Assembly (NCBI RefSeq): GCF_009914755.1
Contig: NC_060928.1
DNA: 64,000 bases
Strand: one strand, 5' to 3'
DNA from: the human T2T-CHM13v2.0 reference genome, Homo sapiens
A model generated the notes under the pieces. The model ran no database searches, was not told the origin of the DNA, and worked only from the letters and a program-made list of their open reading frames with translations. Numbering within the stretch: the first letter of the stretch is position 1; each line of letters opens with the position of its first letter. Made by a program: the position numbers and the translations under genes. This document shows, piece by piece, positions 31,879 to 43,190 of this stretch.

Positions 31879-34800
31879 GCTTCAGCCATGCGTGGACCAG
31901 TCAGCTTCTGGGTGTGACTGGAGCAGTGTTTGTTGTCTTCTTCAGAGTCATTTTGCAGGGATTGGTGAAGCTGCTCCCATCCACGTACAGCTCCCAGTCT
32001 ACTGATGTACAGTTATGTTTAACTGGGCTCTCTGATAATAGGAGTAAGATAGTGAGCTTAGGGTGTTGCAAACTTCAATGGTTATGTGGGGATTTTCACA
32101 ATGCAAGCTTTGGTATCTAGTTAGTCTATCATTTATTAGCTAATGATGTCCTTTGGTATTTATTAAAATTACCACAGCATGGGGAGACTTTATGTTTAGG
32201 TTTTTCCTAAGAGTTAGCTTATTTGCTTCTTGTGTTAACAGGGCTGTTGCTGCCAGGGCCCTTGGACATGGGGGCCAGCCTTTGGAAACCCCGTCTAGTT
32301 GTTTTGAGAGACAGGCCATTGGCCTTGGCCAGGAACCTCCAGTCTGGGTTAAAACTCCAACTGCCATTTTTTTCTCTTTCTGACACATAGAGTGTGAAGA
32401 GTTTTGTCAGGTCAGGTAGCCTCAGGGCTGGGGCCGACATGAGTATTTTTTTTTTTTTTAACTCATGAAAAGCTCTTTGCTGTTGGTTGTAATAGATGTA
32501 GTTTATCTAATCTACATTTTTATTGACTGTTATCTACTAAAATATTGACTTAAATCTTGTAACTATTTGATTTCAAGCTTTAAATTGATCTGGTATTCCT
32601 TGCAGGGCTTCGATTGCATCTAAATAGATGTGAGAGTTGAAAGACTTATAAGGGGCTCCTCTCACTTTACGATGTGTTATTATTATTTTTTCCTTCCTCT
32701 GGTTGATGAAATGCCAGGGTGAAAGGGATAGCCCAATGGACTAAGGCACAAATGCCACTCTAGTTATTTGGCAGAGTGCCTAGTAAAGGTCCACCACAAT
32801 ACTACCACACATCTGCTCAGGGATGAACAAGGGCTGACTGATTGATAAGCTCTTGAAAATTCTTAAGCTCACTGCATCCTTTTAGGTCTCCAAGGAATGC
32901 TAAGTTTCCTCCCTGCCGTGAGAGACAGGAAGTGAACTTAGTGTTGAGAGACAGAAGCTGGATGGCCCTCGGGGGCTGACTGGCAGGGACTTCAGGATAT
33001 AGCAGAGAGAGCTTGGCATGACTTATTACTCCAGGCTGTAGAATCCTGGAAAAGAGCTACCATCAGGCCCACACCTGGTGAACTGGAGGACCACCGTAGT
33101 GGGAAGGGGACAATTAGGGCCTCTGGCCTGCCATGTGCACAAGCATAACAATTGCTTTTGTTTATTGTGTAGTTGGAATATTTGATCCATTTCAACCAGG
33201 CATTTGTAGCTTGATATACTGTCTTAATTGCTAAAGTTTGTTTTAAGTCTTTAACTTTTATGATCCTCTAGTAAAATGAATATTTCCATTAGCACTAATT
33301 TTTATTAGTTTTTAGACCAAAGAAAGCTAAACATCATTTTATATTTAATGTTTCTTGTATGATTTTTATACCAGATAAGCTAAATTTTACTTTTATATTA
33401 GTGTGTTATTAATATTAAACTTAATTTTAATAAAACCTTGTAGACATATTTATCCAATTTTTCATAGTTGACCATAAGGTAAGATTTTATAGACTCTGTT
33501 TAACCTTTTACAATTTTTGTTAAAGAGCAGGTTGATGCTTTAAGGAAAAAACCTGTTGCATTTTTACTTTCATGTCTAGTTCACAGAAAAACTGGATAAT
33601 ACTTTTTTAACTTTAGCTAATAAGTTTACACACAGAATTTTCTTTAAATTAACATTTTAAAACTTGCTTGAACTTTTCAAACAATAATTCTTTTTTGACT
33701 TTTTAATGTAGGTAAAAATCCACATTCTTATGCCTCCTTATAATCTTCTCATTAAAGTTATATTTTACTTTTTTATACACCTGCACATAAACTGTTTCTT
33801 CAATAGCACTCAGGAGGCCTTATTACTTTTAAATTATGCAACATTTTTTGCATAAAATTTTTTATAACTTTTTTTCACGACTTTCGCCAACAATTTTTCA
33901 ACATGTCTCAACTTTCTGACTTATTACAAACATTTTTTTCTTCTCTTTAAACAACAAGTTAATTTATTTCAGGACAAGAATTTACCATATAACACTCTTT
34001 TTACATAAATTTTACCTCCTCCCCCCCCTTTTTTTTTTTGAAGATAACCATTCCTTTTTTTTAAAAAGTGAACTTTCTTTATGTCTTTGGACTAGACTGT
34101 CTAAGGCCACAAGATTAGAAGTTACCATAATATGTGTTACACTGTCAACTTTTAGCAAACTTCGCTTTTGTTGAAAACCTTGTAAGTTTGAAATTTCAAT
34201 TATCCTTTGCTATTAATAAGACCTTGTTTAGTCTAAATTTACTTAGAATTGGTATAGATGGCCTTTTTTTTTTTTTTCTCTGCTGGTCTTTCCTTGCCTC
34301 TGCCAGCTGCTTATGCTGCTGTTCTCTTAACTATTGTGAGGGGGGGTGGGGGGAAGGGGTCTAAAACCAGCTGTAACTGTCTATGTACAGAACCTGGTCT
34401 GGGTGCCTTGGCTTACAGGTTACCTTGTGCCATACCTTAGAAACTAAAAAGACCTATCTAGGCTTCCTTCTGATGGCTAACCTACCTCTAATGCTGGCCA
34501 ATCTATTTCACACAAAGTTCTAAGTTTTCCTGGAGTCATAGTGACTCCATAGTCTCTATTAAATCCTTTCTTGAAATTCATTAACATAGTTCCCAGTGCA
34601 GTGGGCTTACTTTGTGCCTGATCTATGTTTTTTTGAGACAAAACACCATGCTCACAGCACACACACACCACAAAACAAAGAACGGGTAAAAGGGCACACA
34701 CAAACATTTCAGTTTACACCAAACCAAAATCAAAACCAAAATCAGAGTATCCAGAAATCCAAGCCAGGTCAAAAACCAAAACCAAAGTATCCAGCAATTC

Positions 34801-35025
34801 AAGTCAAGTCAAAACCAGATCAAAAGTGCCAATACAGGCACACCGTGGGTGATCAGGCTATGCTACACTTCCATTCAGGTGGAGTGGGGCAAGTTCAAAA
34901 GACTAGTCCTACCAAGTCTAGCCAAGTCAAAACCAGAACAAAGGTGCCAACACAGGCACACCGTGGGTGACCAGGCCATGCTTCTACTCAGGTGGAGTGG
35001 GACAAGTTCAAAAGACTAGTCTTAC

Positions 35026-35400
35026 CAAGTTCCAGATGTCCAGACTCCAAGTGCCAGTTCCTTCCCGGTGTTCAGCCACTGTGTTAATCCTCCACGGGGG
35101 CCTGCTACGTGTTGATCTGGTGAGGTGTTCCACTGGGGCAATTTCCTACCCAGGAGCACTCTTTGGATCTCGTCACTCAGGCTGCCCGGAGTACCCCACA
35201 GGGATGCTCCACAGGGCAGGCTTAAGCCACCTAAGGGGCTGCCTCAGCCTTCCGTCAGTCACCTTGCTTCTGGGTCAGGGAGCCAAGAAATGTAGCAGGA
35301 CGAGCCACAGACAAAACCTCTCAGACATCGAGTTGTAGAAGGAAGGGCTTTATTCAGCTGGGAACATTGGCAAGATACTGCCTTAAAATCTGAGCTCCCC
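35026..35400 (-). promoter_or_regulatory. UGT2B17: Candidate LTR-derived non-coding first exon / distal promoter of UGT2B17
   Basis: TATA-like CCTTAAAAAGG at about 35418-35428; donor TTG|GTAAGA at 35026/35025; matching acceptor TTTTTCCTCAG| at 27623/27622. Confidence 0.65.
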
Positions 35401-36068
35401 GAGTGCACAATTTCTGTCCTTTTTAAGGGCTCACTACACTAAAGATTTCACATGAAAGGGTCGTGATTGATTTGAGCAAGCAGTGGGTATGTGACAGGGG
35501 CTGCATGCACTGGTGGTCAGAGAGAAACAGAACAGGGCAGGGAGTTTCACAATGTTCTTCTATACATGTCTGGAATCTATGAATAACATTGGTTTCTAAG
35601 TTATGAGTTGAGTTTTAACTACTAAGTTTAGGCCAGGCAGGCCCAGGCATAGTTTCAGTCCTGGCGTTTGGGCTGCCTGTCTTTGGTTTTACTTCCTTGT
35701 TTTTTCTTAAACATGTACTGAGTGAAAAACAATATAAAATAATATGAGAAGGTCTTTCTCTTCCTTCACATGCACATTGGTCACTGATCTCGCCTACTGT
35801 TAGGCTTCCCTGGGAGCCCAGTTAACAGGGGAAAATCTGCATGACCTCTCTTGGTTTCTCCTGTCCCAAAATCCAACACTGATCCAAGAAGGCTCCAGTA
35901 TGTGCCAGGCACTCCCTGATCATCTGGTCTTAGGGGGATGCCTCTAAGCCATTTGATCCCGTTCCAGGAACCAAAAAGGCAGAGGTGATAATAGCTCCTT
36001 TTATTGTCTTCCTCCAGCTGTCCAGGACAGTCTTCTTTTTCCCTGTTCTCCAGAGCCTACCCTTTGAT

Positions 36069-39000
36069 ATGGAAAACTCCCCATCCTCCATTCCAAAAAA
36101 CAGCCCTCCAGACTGCCTCATAAAAAATCTGCAAACCTTAGGCCTCAGGCAAGATAACCACCCTAAGCGCCTTGTCTTTTTTATACAATAAAACCTGGCC
36201 GCAGTATGAATTAGATAACGGGTCCAAATGGCCAGCAAATGAAACACTTGACTTTACAATTTTAACTGGTTAAAGCAATTATTGCCGATGACTGGAAAAA
36301 TGGGGAGAAATTCCTTGTTCCAGGCCTTTTTGCACTCAGATCACAACCTGACTTCTGCAATTCTTGCTTACCTGTTCAAATCCTTCATTCTCACCACCCT
36401 CATAACCTTTCTCCTCCTGACCCTACCTCTTTTTCCTTGTTGGATCCGGCAGACTGCTGTCCACCCCTCCCAGCCCCTACCCCCACGTCTCAACCATCTT
36501 CTATAACTCCCCAAGCTTTCTCATTGTCTTCGCAGTCACCATCTTCCCAGCCACCATCTTCCCAGCCGGCATCACCTCCAAAAGTACCCACTTCTTTTTC
36601 TACACTGTCCTCTCCTCAGGAAAACTCTAGCATTGCCTGTACTCAGTCTCCTTCCTCACTGCCCTCTCCTGAAGCCTGTAAACCCATCAAGCCACCTTAC
36701 ACCCCTATGTATCCTCCACTGCCTGTCAACTCAACCCGCCTTCCCCCTTCAAACCCTCAGCAGGAACCCCTTCTGGCTTCTTTCTTCTCTCCTGTCCATA
36801 CCAGCTTGGGCACCATCTTTGGCCCACGCTGCACCCATACTTCAGTGCGGGTGCTAGAATGCCCCCTTCAGGAAGTAGCAGGAACTGAAGGTATTGTTAG
36901 AGTTCATGTTCCCTTCTCCTTCACTGATCTCTCAAACTAACAAGACTCAGTTCATTTCCAGAAGACCCTACCTCTTATATTAGGGAGTTTCAGTACCTTA
37001 CCCAGTCTTATGCACTAACCTGGTATGACCTCTACTTATCCTGTCTTCCACCCTCACCTTCTACTTATCCTCTCTTCCACCCTCACCCCAGAAGACAGGG
37101 ACCATATTTGGACCCTGGTTCAGGAGCATGCTAATACAATTCATCATCAAGCTCCTGCCCAGCCTACTGGCACGGAGGCAGTCCCCAACCAGGAGCCCCA
37201 CCAGGATTATCAAGACAGGGCCTCTGGACACTGCCATCAAGACCACATGATTGTGTATCTCCTTGCAGGACTCAAAAAGGGTGCCCATAAAGTGGTAAAC
37301 TATAAAAACCTTTCAGAAATCACCCAAGGTCCTGACAGAAACCCAGCCTTTTTTCTCTCTTGTTTAACTGAAGCCATGAGAAAATATACCAACCTAGACC
37401 CAGCCAACCCAGAAGGAATCACTATTTTAAACCTTTGGTTCCTCATCCAATCTACCCCTGATATTTGGTGCAAGATTCAGAAGCTTGACAATGGCCCTGA
37501 AACCCCACAATGACACCTTCTTAATTTAGTCTTCAAAGTCTTTAACAGTTATAACGAGGAAAGTAAAAGAAAAAAAAAAAAGACAGAGTTTCAAATGCTT
37601 GCCTCCACCATCACGGGCCCTGCAGGCCCACAGGCTGCAGCTCCACACAGATGCCTCCTAGCAATCCACCTCCCCCTGGCACCTGTTTCAAGTGTGGCAA
37701 TGAAGGCCACTGGTCCAGGCAATGCCCAAACCCAGGTAAGCCCACCAGGCTGTGCCCTCTCTGCGGAGGACCCCACTGGAAGTCAGACTGTGAGGGGCCC
37801 CAGCAAGGACCGCCCCCATCCCTGCCCCAGCCGGCCAAAACCTCCTACTAGGATCTCATCAGCCTTGCCGCTGAAGACTGACAGTGCCCTGGAACAGATG
37901 CCCCAGCAACTACCATTGCTTCATCTGAGCCAAGGATAACCTTGATGTTGGCAGATAGGCCAGTATTTTTTTTTTAATTAATATTGGGGCAACCTACTCT
38001 GCTTTACCTAAATTTTCAGGACCCACCCAGTCCTCCCAAGTCTCTGTTGTGGGAATCAATGGACAAGTCTCCAAACCCCAAGACCCCCCTCCACTTTTCT
38101 GCTCCCTGCACACCTTTTCCTTCAGTCACTCTTTCTTAGTCCTGCCTTCATGCCCAGCTCTGCTCCTAGGCAGAGATATTCTTTCAAAACTCCACACTAC
38201 TCTCCACTTCCACATTCCCCATAGTACCCAACACATCAACCCAGACCCCTCCAAGGCTTCTAACAGGCTTCTAACTTTCTTCTACTCCTCCGACCTCCCA
38301 CCCTGAAGCATGCAACTTTTCCTTATCCCGCACCTGTAGTTAACCCCACTGTTTGGGATACTTCCACACCCTCGGTCACAGAGCACCACACCCCCATCCA
38401 CATCACCCTTAAAGAGCCCACCCCGTTCCTATCACAGAAGCAGTATCTCATCCCCCAAGCAGCTCTCATAGGCCTAAAGCCTATCATTTCTCTCCTCCTC
38501 ACCAGTCACCTACTCTGCCCAACAAACTCTCCTTTTAACACATCAGTTCTACCTGTTAAAAAGCCAGATGGAACTTATCACTTAGTCCAGGACCTCAGGC
38601 TCATTAACCAAGCTGTACTCCCAGTGTGTCCAGTAGTTTCTAACCCATATACTTTACTTTCCTCACTTCCCTCGAATACCACCCATTTTTCTGTTCTAAA
38701 CCTAAATGATGCTTTTTCACAATTCCTTTACACCCTGATTCCCAAAATCTCTTTGCCTTTACCTGGGAAAACCCCGACACCCACCTTTCAGGTCAGCTCA
38801 CCTCGTGTGTACTACCTCAAGGTTTTAGAGACAGCCCCCACCTTTTTGGACAGGCCCTTGCTAGTAACTTCTGTACTTTATCCCTAAAATCATCCTCTCT
38901 TCTTTAATATGTTAATAATCTGCTCCTGTGTAGCCCCTCTCAAAGAGACTGCAACACCCATACATACTATCTCTCTTTTAAACCTCTTGGCAGAACAGGG

Positions 39001-40620
39001 GTATCAGGTCTCCCCTAAGAAAGCCCAAATATGCACCCCCCAGTCACCTATCTAGGCCTAGCTCTCACTCCTGAACGCAAGGGCTCACAACAGACCACAT
39101 ATTCCCTCCTTCAGTCCCTCCCGCCTCCACAAACTAAGCAAGAAATTCTCTCTTTTCCAGGATTAGCGGGATATTTTAGGCTCTGGGTTTCCTCCTTCGC
39201 TTTACTTGCCAAAAAATTATACGAAGCTGTTAAAGTCCCTCTCTATGAGCCTTTAAAACCTGCACAGCCTATTACCCAACCTTTCCATCTACTCCAAAAG
39301 TCTCTCATCTCAGCCCCCATCCTCACTCTCCCAGACTTCACCAAACCTTTCTCCCTTTATACTGATGAATGGCGTGGAGTTGCACTAGGTGTTCTAACCC
39401 AGTCTAAGGGGCCCACCCGGCCAGGTTGTTGCCTACCTCCCTAAAGAGCTTGAGACCACAGTTCTTGGATGGCCTGCCTGCCCCTGAGCATTGGTGGCAG
39501 CTGCTCTCCTCACTCTTAAAAGCCTAATACTATCTCTTCATGCCAACCTAACAGTTTATTCAACCCATAACATCAAAGACATGTTAGCTCACCGCAGTGT
39601 ACTAAGTCTTTTCTCTGCCCCACGGCTCCTCCAGCTGTATGCTCTATTCATAGAAACTCCCCACATCACCATGCTAACCACCTCCCATCTAAACCTGTCC
39701 ATGCTCTTACCTGAAGCTACAACTGCCCAAGACTCTACACTCTTCTGTGTGAATACTGTTCAAACCTTTCTTATACCTTTTCCATACCTAACAGACCAAT
39801 CCCTTCCAGATGCCTCCTTTATTTGGTTTGTACATGGCAGCTCCTTCCTACATCAAGGACACTGACATGGGGGCTATGCTATAGTGTCACCCCCCAACAC
39901 TATTGAAGCCAATCCGCTCCTCTTAGGCACCACCTCCCAAAAAGCTGAATTCAATGCCCTCACTCCAGCTCTCACTCTAGCATCCGGAAAACAGATCAAT
40001 TTATTCAAATTCTCATTATGCGCTCCACGTAGTGCACTCACACTCATCCATCTGGAAAGAACGGGGTTTCCTAACTGCAAACAATACTCCTGTCATAAGA
40101 CAAGTCTTCTAGTCCTTGTCTGTACTTTCTCTGGGTAGGTAGAAGAATTCCCAACAACTTCAGAAGGTGCAACTGTCATCGCACAAACTCATCATGCATA
40201 CCTGTAATTCCCCGTTTTGGACTCCCAACATCCATCCAGTCTGATAACAGTCCTGCCTTCATCAGCCAAATTACCCGAGGCATCTCTACATCCTTAAGAA
40301 TAAAGTAAGCTCTCCACACACCCTACAGGCCTCAATCTTCAGGCGAAGTTAGAAAAATTAACTCTGTCTTTAAAGCCCAACTCACCAAGCTGGCTGTAGA
40401 AACCCAACAGTCGTGGACAAAAAAAATCTCCCTTTCGCCCTCATAAGACTTTGCACAACACCAAAAGCACACTCTTTTTATAGTCCCTTTGAAATCATGT
40501 ATGACCAAAATTTTGTCTTGGGGCCTCCACCCTTACCAGACTCTGAGCCACTCAGAAATTACCACCCCTCCTTAATCCAGACATGGTCTTTCATTTGTGA
40601 AGCAGCAAATGAGCCATGCC
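36069..40620 (+). pseudogene. HERVH48-type gag-pro-pol pseudogene
   Basis: gag start MENSPSSIPKNSP; capsid EITQGPDRNPA; zinc knuckles CFKCGNEGHWSRQC and CPLCGGPHWKSDC; protease LLGRDIL; RT, RNase H and partial integrase; many lesions. Confidence 0.85.
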
Positions 40621-42891
40621 TCTCCCTGTCGACACCTCCTGGTCCTCTCAACATAACTGACTTGCAGGCACAGACATGTTTCCAGACAATACAGATGGTG
40701 CTCCTGCTACAGCGACATGGTGGATACCAACCTGTCTCTCAAGAATACCCCAAAAATTAAGTTTTTTTTTCCAAGGTGCCCACTCCAATCCCTGTGTCAT
40801 GCCTGAAGTAGTTACTGAGAAAGTCACCCCTTTTCCCTTTATTCTATAACCAAATAAACAGGAAGATTCTCCCTGGGGCCTGAAAGCTTGAAGGGATGAG
40901 TAACTCCTCCTCTCAGGCCCAGTTCCAAGATGCAAAGCCATTTGTGTCAACAGCTTGCATCAGAAAGATAGCAGAAGCAGGAAGAGAGCCAACTGGAAGA
41001 CACCTACCCTGGCTGGAAGACACATACCCCTGAAGATCAAGAAAGAGACCGTCTGGGTACTACATAGCAGTCACATCAGACTGGGACACTTACTGTTTAC
41101 AGAGGACTACAAAACCCCTGTCCCATCCTCACTTGGGGCTGACGCCCCTTTAGGCCCTAGCCCACCTGCACCCAGGTGCTCATTAAAACAGCATGTTGCT
41201 CCACACCACCTCGTGGTTTCTGTTGGCATGCTCTCAGGGTTTGAACCGATACAAGAACATTACAGGGGTAAAACTCCACAGTAAGAGGGACTTCTCTAGC
41301 TGAACTTTGTAACAATTTGAACAGGCAAGAAGCCTCATGGCCAGAAATTGGGGGAGGGCATGAATCTAGCTTGCAGACTTCACAGGCAGGGGAAGAACTA
41401 AAGCCCTTTTCTTTGCAGCTGGGAGGTGGAAAATCTCAGGCAAATATTCAAGTCCAACTCTCCCTCCTCCTTGAAAAAGACTCGGGACTATTGCAGGGGC
41501 CACGGTGGAAGTGGGAGTGGCCCTTCAGTGTGCATGGGAGGTGGGTTAGAACTGAGACTGCTGGCTTTCCCACACTTCCCTGACGACCTCATGACTCAGC
41601 AGAGGCAGCCAAAATCCACCTAGGTACACAACTCCAGTGACCTGAGAATCTCACCTCCATCCCCAGCAGTAGCCAAAGCAAGGCCCTCCCAAGGAAGGTC
41701 TGAGCTCAAACACGCCTGGACCTGGCCCACCTGGTGGTCCTTCCCTACCCCCCTGGTAGCAGAAGACAGAGGACCTACAATCTTGGGAGTTGTAGGGCCG
41801 TGACCACCACCAGTCCCTCTCCACAATACTACAGCTGATGCTTTCTGGAAAGTACCACCTCCTGGCAGAAGGCCAATCAGCAGAAAATAGAGCATTAAGC
41901 CACCAAAGCTAAGGACCCCCACAGAGTCCTTTGCACCCTCCACCTGAACAGGCACTGGTATCCACAGCTGAGAGATCCATAGATATTTCATATCACAGGA
42001 CTCTGCAGACAACCCCCAGTACCAGCCTGGAGCTGGATAGACTTGCTGGGTGGCTAGACCCAGAAGAGAGACAACAATCACTGTAGTTTGGCTCACAGGA
42101 AGCCACATCCACAAAAAAAGGGGAGAGTACCACAACAAGGGAACACCCCATAGGACAAAAAAATCTGAACAACAGTCTTCAGCCCTAGACCTTCCCTCTG
42201 ACAGAGCCTACACAAATGAGAAGGAACCAGAAAACCAACCTGGGAATATGATAAAACAAAGCTCGTTAATACCCCCCCAAAAATCACACTAGTTCACCAG
42301 TAACAGACCTAAACCAAGAAGTCCCTGATTTACCTGAAAAAGAATTCAGGAGGTTAGTTATGAAGCTAATCAGGGAGGGAACAGAGAAAGGCAAAGCCCA
42401 ATGCAAGGAAATCCAAAACATAATACAAGAAGTGAGGAGAGAAATATTCAATGAAATAGATAGCTGAAAGACAAAACAATAAAAAATTCAGGAAACTTTG
42501 GACACACTTTTAGAAATGCAAAATGCTCAGGAAAGTCTCAGCAATATAATTGAACAGATAGATGAAAGAAATTCAGAGTTCAAAGACAAGGTCTTCAATT
42601 AACTTGTTCCAATAAAGAAAAAGAAAAAAGAAAAAGAAAATATGAACAAAGTCTCCAAGAAGTCTAAGATTACGTTAAATAACCAAATCTAACAGTAATC
42701 GGTATTCCTGAGGAAGAAGACAATTCGAAAAGTTTGGAAACATATTTGGGAGAATAATTGAGGAAAACTTCCCCAGTCTTGCTAGAGACCTATACAAGAA
42801 GCACAAAGAACACCTGGGAAATTCATCACAAAAAGATCTTCACCTAGGCACATTTTCATCAGGTTATTCAAAGTTAAGATGAAGGAAAGAA

Positions 42892-43190
42892 GCTGGGCAT
42901 ATTGGCTCACGCCTGTAATCCCAGACCTGATCAGGTGGTCGGAGGTGGGTGGACAACCTGAAGTCAGGAGTTCGAGACCAGCCTGACCAACATGGAGAAA
43001 CCCTGTCTCTACTAAAAATACAAAACTTTGCTGGGTGCGGTGGCACATGCCTCTAATCCCAGCTACTCGGGAGGCTGAGGCAGGAGAATCACTTGAACCC
43101 AAGAGGTAGAGGTTGTGGTGAGATCATGCCATTGCACTCTAACCTGGGCAACAAGAGTGAAACTCCATCTCAAAATTAAAAAAAAAAAAA
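42892..43190 (+). mobile_element. AluSp-like, inserted in L1PB ORF1
   Basis: TSD AAGATGAAGGAAAGAA at 42876-42891 and 43191-43206; CTGACCAACATGGAGAAA diagnostic. Confidence 0.9.

Larger units (their letters stand above)
29148..35768 (-). mobile_element. Harlequin / HERV-E-like mosaic provirus with LTR2-family LTRs
   Basis: 5' LTR 35291-35768, 3' LTR 29148-29629; exact CATG TSD (29144-29147 and 35769-35772); tRNA-Glu-type PBS TGGCTCCCTGACCCAGAA at 35285-35268; PPT AAAAGGGGGGAA next to the 3' LTR. Confidence 0.9.
28619..41264 (+). mobile_element. MER48/HERVH48 (HERV-Fb-like) provirus, split by Harlequin
   Basis: LTRs about 28619-29019 and 40861-41264; GGGGT on both flanks; tRNA-Phe-type PBS TGGTGCCAAAACCTGGG at 29022; env largely deleted. 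Confidence 0.8.

Noticed and set aside
36437-36940. Pro/Ser-rich 167-aa ORF as a novel protein
   Set aside because: It is the low-complexity region of the disrupted ERV gag between matrix and capsid.
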